Assembly (NCBI GenBank): GCA_038087875.1 | Contig: CM075998.1 | Coordinates: 4,962,001 to 5,026,000, forward strand | Length of the DNA stretch: 64,000 bases | Direction: 5' to 3' | DNA from: Malacoraja senta | Lineage: Eukaryota | In this document: piece by piece, positions 39,504-51,348 of the stretch | How the letters are laid out: every line of letters starts with the position of its first letter | How positions within the stretch are numbered: position 1 is the stretch's first letter | Translations under genes and position numbers: made by a program | Notes under the pieces: generated by a model | Databases searched by the model: none | What the model saw: the letters and a program-made list of their open reading frames with translations, nothing else | What the model was told of the DNA's origin: nothing

Positions 39504-40606
39504 TTTAGTTTAGTTTATAGATACAACGCCGAAACAGGCCCTTCAGCCCACCGAATCCGCATCGACCAGCGATCCCCGCACATTAACACTATCCTACACA
39601 CACTAGGGAGAATTTACAATTATACCAAGCCAATTAACCTACATACCTGTACGTCTTTGGAGTGTGGGAGGAAACCGAAGCACCCGGAGAATACCACGGT
39701 CACGAGGAGAACGTACAAACTCCGTACAGACAGCACCCGTAGTCGGGATCGAATCTGGGTCTCTGGCGCTGAGAGGCAGCGTATTAATCAAGAACCTGTC
39801 AATCTCCGCTTAAAAATACTCAATGTCTTGGCCTCCACAGCCGTCTGTGGCAATGAATTCCACAGATTCACCACCCTCTGGCTAAATAAATTCCTCCTCA
39901 TCTCCTTCCTAATGTGCCTGTCCCACTTGGGCGACATTTTAGGCGACTGCAGGTGACTATGCAGTCGCCACATGTTCGCGGGTAGTTACCGGGGAGTCGC
40001 CTTCATGGTCGTGAGGAGTTCCCGCATTCTGGGAACTAGTCGCGGCCTCATTATGGTCGCCCCGAATTTTCCAACACGTTGAAAAATTAGCGGTGACTAG
40101 AATGAAGCCGCCATGGAGAGTAGCGAGAATTCTCGTGCCGTAGGTGGGTCGCCAGGAGGTCGAAGGATCTCGTAGGTTCTTGTAGGTTGTAGCCGGTGCT
40201 GACCGGTGAATTTCATTGGCTCATTGGGGAAAAAAAACGTAAGCAGTAGTTTTCAGAACCAAGGATAATGTCCGCCGAGCTTCACAGCCATTTATCTCTG
40301 GCTTCTTAAAAGTTGTGTGGTTTCTTAAAAGTTATCTCCACTCCTTCTCCCCCCCCCCCCCTTTAAAGGACTTCCCGTACACTGCTTTAGCCGTCTTAAT
40401 TACAGCGCCAACCTTCCTGTTCATCGCGGCGTGTGTCTGTACCACCTTGGCTTTGCACCGTGTGAATTTCACTCAGACAGTGCTCCCCCCCTTGCCTGCA
40501 TAACGGGTGTGTGTGTGTGAGCGTGGTGTGTGAGTGTGGTGTGTGAGTGTGGTGTGTGAGTGTGGTGTGTGTGTGTGTGCGTGTGTGTGTGTGTGCGTGC
40601 GTGCGA

Positions 40607-40637
<31 letters not shown>

Positions 40638-40731
40638 ACGTTGGTTGCTGAGGAGACATTGAGACAAGAATGATTGAGTGACCCTGGGCAATTGATCATA
40701 TTCTCTCACGCCCAAGTTGAACGGCACTCAC

Positions 40732-40876
40732 CAGCCCCTCGTTTTCGTGCTGCGTGTTAATAATTTCGGAGAGTTTGCGGCAGTCCGTCTCTTCAAACAC
40801 CCACGTTGTAACAGCTTTGTCAAACCTCTCATTTCCCACCGTGTCCTCTGCAACAATTTTCCCGACGACTGGTTCC
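40732..40876 (-). pseudogene. GPD1: GPD1 (cytosolic glycerol-3-phosphate dehydrogenase) exon 2 relic
   Basis: Acceptor ttccctccccttgccttccccag, then phase-2 G followed by [48 protein letters not shown], then donor GTGAGT. Aligns with recalled GPD1 [59 protein letters not shown] with the same splice phases, but about 11 codons are missing. Confidence 0.88.
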
Positions 40877-42710
40877 CTGGGGAAGGCAAGGGGAGGGAAT
40901 AAAGTTGTCAGAAGATGGCACAAATGTATGGAGAGGGATAACGACTAGCCTTGATATTCAATCCCAGAACTGCTGAAGTATGGCCTTTGTTGTCATCAGT
41001 GAGTGGTAATAAAAGAAACTTATGTGCAGTCAAAGAGAAGCATTGGTCCTGCCACGGAATCTTTTATGTGTGTGTGTGGGGGGCGGATGGAGCGAGATTC
41101 TAGGAGGCTTTCAGGCAGCGATGGACTTGGCCCCCAATATCCCTCTGCACATCAATGCTGTTCAGTACCGCCATTAACTGGGGAAACAAGGAAGAAAGGA
41201 TGCATCACAGCACGGTTTGGGAACAGCTCGATCCAAGACCGCAATAAATTGCTGAGAGTTGTGGATGCAGCCCAGACCGTCACACAATCCAAACTCCCTT
41301 CCACTGACTCCACCTACACCTCACGCTGCCTCGGCAAGGCCAGCAGCAGCATCAAGGACCAGTTTCACCCTCTTCTCCCATCAGGCAATGCGTTGTCCAA
41401 AATTGCAGCAGGATCTGGATCGATTGTGAGGTGTTGCATTTTGGGACGTCGAACAAGGGCAGGACCTACCCAGTAAATGGTCGGCCTCTGGGTAGTGTTG
41501 TAGAGCAGAGGGATCTAGGAGTACAGGTGCATGGTTCCTTGAAGGTCGAGTAGCAGGTAGATAAGGCTTTTAGCACTTTGGCCTTCATCAGTCAGAGTAT
41601 AGAAGTTGGGTGAACAGTTGTACAAGACATTGGTGAGGCCGCACTTGGAGTATTGTGTTTTGTTTTGGTCACCCTGTCATAGGAAAGATGTTGTCAAGCT
41701 GGAAAGGGTACAGAGAAGATTTACGAGGATGTTCCCAGGACTGGAGGGCCTGAGCTATAGGGAAAGTTTGAGCAGGCTGGGACTTTATTCCTTGGAGCGC
41801 AGGAGGATGAGGGATGATCTTATAGAGGTGTATAAAATCATGAGAGGAATAGATCGGGTAGATGCTCAGAGTCTCTTGCCCAGAGTAGGGGAATCGAGAA
41901 CCAGAGGACATAGGTTTAAGGAGTGGGGGGAAGATTTAATAGGAACCTGAGGGGCAACAGAGGGTGGTGGGTGTATGGAACAAGCTGCCAGAGGAGGTAG
42001 TTGAGGCTGGGACTATCCCAACGTTTAAGAAACAGTTAGACAGGTACATGGATAGGACAGGTTTGGAGGGACATGGACCAAACGCAGGTAGGTGGGACTA
42101 GTGTAGATGGGGCATGTTGGTCAGCATGGGCAAGTTGGGCCGAAGGGCCTGTTTCTGTGCTGTAAGTTCAGAGAAACAATGTGAAAACAGGCCCTTCGGC
42201 CCACCAACCATTACCAGACCACTTCTTCTCACCGTACTGAGTCAAGGAGTCCACACCGAGCAGCAATAGAACCGTACACTAGTTCTATCCAATAAACAAG
42301 CGACGATTTACAGAAGCCAATTAACCGACAAACCTGTACGTCTTTGGGATGTGTTGGAAACCGGAGCTCCCGGAGAAAGCCCACGCAGGTCACAGGGAGA
42401 ACGTACAATCGGCGTACAGACAGCATCTGCGGTCAGGACGGAACCCGGATCTCTGGCGATGTGAGGCGATTGCGCCACCGTGCCGGCCAAACGATCTGTG
42501 CGATGTCCACAGAATTGACGCTATTTTTTTGCTAGCACTGCGGAGTCGAGCGGGCTTTTATGACGACAGCACCCCCAGTGGTGAGCCTCATTGTTGCGCT
42601 GAACAACCCATTGCGGAATGTTCGAAAAATGGCATAAAATTGTGGTTTAACAGACTTCAGGGCTGCCGCAGAGTGAAGGAAAAAGGGCCCAAGACAAAAT
42701 AATTGGGCAC

Positions 42711-42762
42711 TTTTGCCTGAGCCGAATGACCACTTTCCCTGCAGGACTATGAACATGGCCAT
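42711..42762 (-). pseudogene. GPD1: Probable GPD1 exon 1 relic
   Basis: ATGGCC...AAA GTG GTC ATT C GGC TCA GGC AAA = KVVI-[frameshift]-GSGK versus GPD1 KVCIVGSGNW. It lies 1.8 kb upstream of exon 2, with a TATA-like GATATAGA (~42786-42793) and CCAAT (~42814-42818) just upstream. The match is short. Confidence 0.5.
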
Positions 42763-43737
42763 TCAAGTCCTGAGAGGCGCAACATCTATATCTGCAGGAT
42801 TTCTGGTGGCTAATTGGCCGTTATTCTGCGTGTTCAGGACAGGCAGCATGACGAGTACATGCTTAGCTTTATACGTTGCAAAGACAATGTCAAAAACAGG
42901 TTTTCAGCGAGCGCAGGCAGGCAGCTTTTTGGAGACCAGTAAGAATCAAAATTAAGCCATGGTAGACAAAAGTGCTGGAGAAACTCAGCTGGTGCAGCAG
43001 CATCTATGGAGCGAACGAAATAGGCAACGTTTCGGGCCGGGTTTCAAGTAGGCATTGCATTCCCTCTCCCTCCATCCCTCCGTCACCCTAGTCATCCTGC
43101 TAGTTTCACTGGAGAAACTCAGCGCGTGCAGCAGCATCTATGGAGCGAAGGAAATAGGCAACGTTTCGGGACGAAACCCAGAAGGAAATAGGCAACGTTT
43201 CGGGCCGAAACCCGGAAGGGTTTCGTCCTGAAACGTTGCCTATTTCCTTCGCTCCATAGATGCTGCTGCACCCGCTGAGTTTCTCCAGGACTTTTGTCTA
43301 CCTTCGATTTTCCAGCATCTGCAGTTCCTTCTTAAACAAAATTAAGCCATACCTAGCGATTTTCTTTTTGCAATCAAGCTGCCAGGTTCAATGTGCAGTC
43401 AGCATGTGTGCTTTCTACTGCCTGTATCGACAGCCCAGAGTGTGCAGATGGTGAAGGGATTTGGTTAGACAAGTGATATAGCAGCACTTGGTGTCCCAAG
43501 ACCCCTTCGCTCCCCTGTCAGAATTCAAACACACGGAAACAGTTTACAATTTCCTCTCATGACTTTGCAAAGTTGAGGTCGCCAATGGCCAAATTGTTTT
43601 GTACCAGAGAGTAATGGGGAAATAAAAGATAGACGCAAAGTGCTGGAGTAACTGGCACCATCTCTGGAGAGAAGGAATGGGTGACCTTTCGTCTCGACCT
43701 GAAACGTCACCCATTCCTTCTCTCCAGAGATGCTGCC

Positions 43738-44004
43738 TGCCCTGTCCCACTTAGGAAACCTGAACGGAAACCTCTGGAGACTTTGCGCCCCACCCAAGGT
43801 TTCCGTGCGGTTCCCGGAGGTTTTTGTCAGTCTCCCTAATGGTCGAAAGTGGTTTCCGCTTCTTCTATGTTCCGGCGATTATTCCAAAAAATTCAAAACC
43901 GGCCGCGAGACTGACAAAAACCTCCGGGAACCGCACGGAAACCTTGGGTGGGGCGCAAAGTCTCCAGAGGTGTCCGTTCAGGTTTCCTAAGTGGGACAGG
44001 GGCA
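43738..44004. mobile_element. Palindromic MITE (possibly PIF/Harbinger)
   Basis: ~90-bp near-perfect TIRs CCTGTCCCACTTAGGAAACCTGAACGG...CCGTTCAGGTTTCCTAAGTGGGACAGG followed by TTA. A related end occurs at ~39915. Confidence 0.7.
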
Positions 44005-45134
44005 TTACTCCAGCACTCTGTGAAACGTCACCTATCCATGTTCTCCAGAGATGCTGCCTGACCCGCTGAGTTACTCCAGCACTCTGTGAAACGTCACCTA
44101 TCCATGTTCTCCACAGATGCTGCCTGACCCGCTGAGTTACTCCAGCACTCTGTGAAACACCTATCCATCTTCTCCAGAGATGATGCCCGACTCGCTGAGT
44201 GACTCCAGCATCTGCAGTTCCTTCCGACACATAGTGGGGAAATAAACTCCATATTTTGCGCAGCAGATTTCAAATGACCTTTTTGCCTCAGTTATGCAGA
44301 GAATCCATTGCACGGTTCGTGGCTGCTTTGCTTGGCTGCAATATATCAACCGGATTTATTGTGGGTCATTAAATATGTAAACGAACAAAATCACCAATTT
44401 CATTCAGATCAGTATGTTTTGTAAAGATGTATTTAACATACAGGGCCGATGGTGTCAAAATCTGGTTGGAATCAAACGCCTACACATGTTTAGTTCACTG
44501 ATGCTTTGGCCCACCGAGTTCCCGCAGAATATCAATCACCCGTTCAATTCTCAGCTATTTTTTATCCATGGATGACATAGCCGAGAGAAATTTAATGTTG
44601 AGATACAGCAGAGAAACAGGCCCTTTGGCCCAGAGTCCACACAGACCCATACACATTAGTTCTGTGTTTTCCCACGTTCTCATCCATTCTACACACTAGG
44701 GGCAATTTATAAAGGGCCAATTAACCTGCGTGTCTTTGGGATGTGGGAGGAAACCCGGGCGGTCACGGGGAGAACGTGCACACTCCACACAGGCAGCACC
44801 CGAGGCCAGGAACAAACTCCTGTCGCTGGCGGTGTGAGGCAGCGGCTCTACCCGCTGCGCCAACACGTCGCCGGTACAGCACTGAATCATTCAGACTTCG
44901 GAGGTGGCTAGAATTTGACAAAACCCAGCCCTTTCTTGGTGCAACGGGCAACCACACAGACTGCGTTAGCTCAGAAGCTGTGGGTCAATCAGCAATTGAT
45001 ATTTAAAATAAATCAGAAATATAAACGCAGTCACCTTACACTGAACAAAATAGTAAATGTGCCTTAAGACGCTAAAGACGTGGCACATATTCTTCAGCAC
45101 TAAATGCAAACGGTCACTGCAATAAACCAGACAG

Positions 45135-48100
45135 TGGTATTCTGTGTTGAAGGTTTTATTAAAACTGAGTGACACATACAAGCATAGAGTACAAAAATGG
45201 TCCCTCAAAATATTACTCAGTAAAAATACAGCTTCTTGCAGCATAACTGCAAAGGTTCAACTGCTTCTATTGGTGACTATTCCCATCCTAACCAGTCAAC
45301 ATCTGAAGAGGTAGCTAACTGGAATAACACAGGCCCATCAGCACCGAAGCAATACAGATCAGACTTATGCCGTCAAAACACACAGCTCCCGCCCGCCCGC
45401 CTCAAACATCCTTTCAGCTTAAGTATCGAATAGCAGCATCATCGAGGAAAAAGCTTTCACTGTCTTTGGAAGCATAACGGATTCATTTACAGCTGTGATT
45501 CCCAGCTGGTCAGTTCTTGAAGAAGAAAGCCAAGTGTCATAGCTATCGGTCCCTCCTATGGTAGTCTGAAAGATCTGCCCCCCCTCCGACCCTTTCAAAT
45601 GCTTCAGGTTATGATGTTGTGGATGTTGGCATGGTCCCTTTTCAAATCAATGACTCAGCAGCAAGCGTAGATGTGGAACACTGAGGCGGTGCTCCGCAAG
45701 TGACTGCACAGTGACTCGGACTAATTCCTTCTTTCTTTCCTCCACCCTGGAGACCTGGAGGCCGAGCTCAGGACCCCAAGCCCTGCTGTGAAGAAACCAG
45801 CAAGCGAATGTGGGACTTTGTTGTTCATGCATGGCTTAATGATCGCACGGCAGGGGAGCAGTAATCCAGTGACTTCCCTGGGATAACCGCACACCGTCCA
45901 CGCTATTTCGGAGATGCATTTTAAATCTTTCATTCGCTTCGAAGAGAAAATGTAAACCTTGGATTTCAAGAGGGGGAAATTTCAAAGATTGCCTGGACTT
46001 TTCAGTTTATTTTAGTTGAGAGATACAGCGCGGAAACAGGCCCCTCGAGTCCGCACCGACCACTGATCCCTGCACACTAACACTATCCTACACACACTAG
46101 GGACAATTTACAATCTTTACAGAAGCCAATTAATCTACAACCCTGCATGTTTTGGGGAGGAAACCAGAGCTGCCGGAGAAAACCCACGCAGGTCCCGGGG
46201 AGAACGCACAAACTCTGCACAGACAGCACCATTAGTCTGGATTGAACCCGGGTCTCTGGTGCTGTGAGGCGGAAGCCCTACCACTGCGCCACCGTGCATA
46301 AAGGATTAGCGTGTCAACAGCTCCTGCTGAACCTGCTGTCACTCCCACACCAAGGACACAACGCTGTTCTCTTCTCACTCGGGTTTAAAATTGTACTTAA
46401 AAAAAAAAAAAATTTAAACAAAACCTTCCTGCTTTCAATCACTGATTGCAGGCATTGTCCAACCTCTTAGCCAGCTGGTTCCCACCTGAACACCTGGCTA
46501 CTACATGTCAGCGAGTACTTGAACAGCGTCCCTTAGAGTGGATGCAACGCCATTGACAGCTGACATGCGTTAATGTAGACGCTTGCCTCTGTTTAAACTC
46601 CAGGAATTTGCTCCACTTACTCTCCCAACTCATTGTTTTGTTTTAAAAAGGGCATGGCAGGCTCGACTTTTGTCCATTTGAGAGATTGGCATCGACTCTT
46701 TCCAAATTGAAAAGCAGAATCAAGTTGCAGCGGGCTTGTGTCAAGGCCTCACAATTCAACTTGCCGATAATAACATGGCTGACATGCAGAGGGCTCACAC
46801 ACACAAGATGCTGCAATGCTCGGGAATGGGAGGGAGCGTGTATCAGTGTATCACTACTTCACTGTTTAAGAAACTAATTAACCTTTAAATCACTACAAAA
46901 TATTAACTCCTATGAAGATTCAGTCCAACTGTTGCCGTTTTCAAAACTATTGGACCGGTTTTCCCTTACATGTAAGGCAGAGGTAAGACATAGCAAGGAC
47001 AAATCTTGAGTGGCCGTGCCTTGAAAGGTCCCCAAACAAAATAAATGGTGCTACAGTTCGTACTGTCACCTTTCAGTAGAATTGTACTGAGTTCTATTAA
47101 GACTAATACAAAGTACAAGGGTATGTACAATACACACTAACCTTCAATTGGTATTAAACAATACATGAACAAGGCAACATACATAATACCTTTCGAAATG
47201 CATCGGACAAAGCAACTAGAATCAGCTGGTCACTTTTTCAATTAGAATTGTACACAACAGTTTTTTTTGTCTAAAGCCAGACAAATTTATCCCTTCATTT
47301 CTGGCCTTAAAACTTCTGATAGGAGCCAAGAACAACAAAAGTAAAATACGTACAATACATTCAACCCAGTATGTAAAGCCGCACTGGAGTGATTTTTAAA
47401 GTCATTCACTAATTTGAGAGAAAAAAAAACGATGTTAAACGTGTAACTTGTTACTTGTCAAAAACTAACAAGTTAAATTTCAAAGCATAGAAAGTGAAAA
47501 CAGAACATATGCAGGTTAGAGGTTAGCCTGAAAGCAACACGACAGAATCAACTGTAAAAAGTGGGATTAATTATTTTTTTTTACTCTGAAGCTAGTTTTT
47601 TTTTTAATATAAAGGATTTTTCTAAAAAAAAATATGCAGTAAACACTGCAACCTAACATGGCCCCTGCAGCTGGCAAGTGGCATTGCAAGCTCTAACGTG
47701 AAGGGGGCAAATAAAAGAGGCACTGTCCTGCCTTCAGGCAGGTACCAATACTGCTGCAAACATCACCACTCTGAATCTCAGAAGCACTCCATTGTTCGTG
47801 GTCCTTTGAGGGTGGGTGAGAAGTAGCTGATTATCATCAAAATACTCCCTTACTTCTAACACAAAGCCTCTTAGGTACAAAAAATCACAACAAAAGCTAA
47901 TTAGTTGTCCGATCTAGAATGCTAATATATCGCTATTAGTAGTAGTACTAGGTCGTTTAAATATAACTTTATGTAGCTACTGAGGTCAACCAATTGTGGC
48001 TTATATTTCCCTAAATATAGATATAATAAGCTAACTTTACTTCCTAATCCTATGCTCTTTTCTAAAGGGAACATGTCAGTTGTAATAAAAGGTAGCAAAG

Positions 48101-48282
48101 AACACTTCTGGAGTACAAGGGCTATGTGGTGATTTATTTTGTGCAAGTGATGCATGTAGGTACTACAGCTTAGACACTGTAACAGAAATCTTTGTGCATA
48201 TATAAAACTGTGTTCAACCTTGAACTCAGACATCTTGTGTCAACCTGGCGACACACACGGGGATGAGGCCACGGATTTATCT
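45135..48282 (-). other. SMARCD1: Putative ~3.1 kb SMARCD1 3' UTR
   Basis: AT-rich, almost TE-free sequence following the stop codon. AATAAA on the minus strand at 45155-45160 is followed by GU/U-rich sequence. The 3' end position is approximate. Confidence 0.6.
45155..45160 (-). terminator. Polyadenylation signal AATAAA (candidate for SMARCD1)
   Basis: tttatt on the plus strand at the distal edge of the TE-poor UTR-like block. Confidence 0.5.
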
Positions 48283-48336
48283 TTATGTATTGCGGATGCC
48301 GAGGGCTTGTTCAAGCTCCTGTCTCCGTTGCTGCAC
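48283..48336 (-). CDS. SMARCD1: SMARCD1 (BAF60A) terminal coding exon
   Basis: Minus strand reads polypyrimidine tract tctcccgtctctctcgtttcag|GTG CAG CAA CGG AGA CAG GAG CTT GAA CAA GCC CTC GGC ATC CGC AAT ACA TAA = VQQRRQELEQALGIRNT*, matching the recalled C-terminus of vertebrate SMARCD1. Confidence 0.92.
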   Translation of the reverse strand: MQQRRQELEQALGIRNT

Positions 48337-50914
48337 CTGAAACGAGAGAGAGACGGGAGAGAAAACGTTAGGGCCAAGACACGGTGAAGGAAAGAACACA
48401 CAATGCTGGTCTCCCAGCAAACAGATACAGTGTGCCACAATGTTCTTGTTCTGGAATGATTGCTGGATGAGGAGAGCACTGTCAAATTAGGCCCACTTAG
48501 AGGATACACAAGACCCCAAATGAGAGTTCTGGAGAAAGCAGGGAGGGCATGAAATGGCGGCCGGCCCGACAAAGAATCCAAGTGTAAGCAGTTCTACACT
48601 TGGCCCTTCAATCTAGGGCCCAGAGGCAGCATGGTGGCGTAGCGGTACGAACCGCTGCCTCACAGCACCAGAGACCACGGATGCTGTCTGTACGGAGTTT
48701 GTACGTTCTCCCGTGACCTGCGTGGGTTTTCTCCGGGTGCTCCGGTTTCTTCCCACACTCCAAAGACGTACAGGTTTGTAGGTTCATTGGCTTCTGTAAA
48801 TTGTCCCGTGTGCAGGATAGAACTAGTGTGAACGGGTGACACTGGTCGGCACGGACTCGCTGGGCCGACCTGTTTCCGCCCTGTTTCTCTGAAGGCTAAA
48901 AGAAGAGGGGGAGGAATAGACAGGAAATGGAAAGGCACACAGTCTGATGAGTGCAAGACTTTCCTGGTGCAAAACACCGATATAAAAACAAAAAAAATGT
49001 TCATACTGAAAATCTGACTAACACAGAATGCTGGGAATACTCAGCAGGTCAGGCAGCATCTGTGTAGAGAGAAACAGAGTTAATGTTTCAGGAAAATGAC
49101 TTTGCACCGGAGTGAAAGATAATTGGCATTCAATTGCCACTCAAGTGAAAGGTAATTGGCATTCAATCTGTTTCTCTCTCCACAGATGATGCCCGACCTG
49201 CTGAATTTTTCACAAGGATGTTCTGCTTGCATTTTACTTTCAAAAACAAAGCAAATTTCAAATCAGCAATTGTTTGTACTTTGTCAAAGATAAGAAATAG
49301 ATAGGGGTAAGGCTTTAGGCTTTAGAAATACATCGCGGAAAACAGGCCCAGCGGTCCACCAAGTCCGTGCCGACCAGCGATCACCCCGTACACTAGTTCT
49401 ATGCTGCAAACTAGGAACAATTTACAGAAGCCAATTAACCGACAAACCTGCACGTCTTTGGAGTGTGGAAGGAAACCGGAGCACCTGGAGAAAACCCATG
49501 CAGGTCACGGGGAGAACGTACAAACTCCATACAGACAGCACCCGTGGTCAGGATCAAACCCGGGTCTCTGGCGCTGTGAGGCGGCAACTCTACCGCTGCG
49601 CCACCGTGGTCGCTCCATATTGACGCTGGTCAATAATTTCACATCAAAAATTGTCAGTGCTTTTTTTAAACAAAAGGTATAAAGAGATAGGGATAATGGG
49701 ACAAAGGTTGGCCTATGGAGTGTCAGAATGGTTAAGAGGGATGTGGGCCAAACGCTGGGCAAAATGGGACTAGCTTAGAGGGGGCAGCTTGATTAGCATG
49801 GACGGGTTGGGCCTAAGGGCCTGTTTCATGACCCTATGACCCAGGCCATGCATCAGCTATGATCTCAATGAGCAGTAGAACAGGTTAGATGGCTGAGTGG
49901 GCTCCTGCTCGGATGAATTTTCAGTCCTGACATCGAAAGGTAACAGGCACTGGAGACAGGGGCTGTGTGCTACCAAACAAGGTAATCTACATTGCCCCAC
50001 GTCACTTTTGCCCAGCCAGAGCTTTCCCAATGTTTCTTGTTTAAGGCTGTACCTTAGCTGAATGCAAGTGCTATTTTGGCTATATCACTACTGACTCACT
50101 ATTGCTTAAAATAGCTGCCAATTCAACTGGTACACAACAGGATTGAATCTGGTGCCCACAATACATCGCTGGCTCACGGCTCAGAGAATAAAACATGGGT
50201 GTTTTTTTAAAGAAGAACAATCTTTCTAAGCATTCAACTTTATTTATAGCCTGTGATGGAGTGGCTGGGTACACTCGTTCTTTTAAATAAAAGGTTAATT
50301 GGAAAGAGCGGGATCAGTATGGAACATTGTCAATGCACTTTTCAATCAAGAAACGCACCACTGAAATAAAAGTGATATATTTTGAAGGCTGTAGCAGCCA
50401 TTGCCGAAAAGAGAAAGGTAAACAAAACAAAAAAATATGAATATGAAATGACGTGGCAATAAATTCTCAATTTATGACGTTAAATAAAACAAACATCTGT
50501 CATCTGCTCATCTGTCCAAGTTACTCAAAGTCCAAGGCTCAGGTACCAGGGTGAAATGTTCATGACAGTCCGGGGCCTCCTCCATTGTCAGTGTGGTCAC
50601 GTGCCAACAGGAGGAACACCACCTCATATTCCCAAGGGCGTGAATGTTGAATTCACCAACTTTAGGCCCCTGCCTCCAGTGCCCAACCAAACACCCCCCC
50701 CTCCGACCCCCACCTACATTCCCAAACACTTCACCCCTTGTCAATCCACTGACACAATTCACAACTCTCTCGTCCTCCTGTCTCATACACTGTATGTGTT
50801 CATCTCTGACCATTATCCAACCACCTGCCCATGAATCCCCCACCCCCTTGTGTTCACCTAGGACCTGCCCCACCACTCTTCTATTGTTTAAGAAGGAACA
50901 ATTATATTGTTTAA

Positions 50915-51148
50915 GAAGGTCAGCTGATCTACATCGGTGAGACCAAGCGTAGGCTTGGCGATCGTTTCGCCCAACACCTCCGCTCAGTCCGCAATAACCT
51001 ACCTGATCTCCCGGTGGCTCAGCACTTCAACTCCCCCTCCCATTCCAAATCCGACCTTTCTGTCCTGGGCCTCCTCCATGGCCAAAGTGAGCACCACCGA
51101 TAATTGGAGGAGCAGCACCTCATATTCCGCTTGGGCAGTTTACACCCC
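50915..51148 (+). mobile_element. Penelope-like GIY-YIG endonuclease fragment
   Basis: QLIYIGETKRRLGDRFAQHLRSV...PVAQHFN...LEEQHLIFRLGSLHP; runs into the gap. Confidence 0.85.
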
Positions 51149-51348
51149 NNNNNNNNNNNNNNNNNNNNNNNNNNNNNNNNNNNNNNNNNNNNNNNNNNNN
51201 NNNNNNNNNNNNNNNNNNNNNNNNNNNNNNNNNNNNNNNNNNNNNNNNNNNNNNNNNNNNNNNNNNNNNNNNNNNNNNNNNNNNNNNNNNNNNNNNNNNN
51301 NNNNNNNNNNNNNNNNNNNNNNNNNNNNNNNNNNNNNNNNNNNNNNNN
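51149..51348. other. Assembly gap (200 N)
   Basis: N run, flanked by repeats on both sides (Penelope and CR1). Confidence 0.99.

Noticed and set aside
43559..43586. Nuclear-receptor-like half sites (TGACTTTG, GAGGTC) upstream of the GPD1 relic
   Set aside because: Not a clean DR1 element, and short enough to occur by chance.
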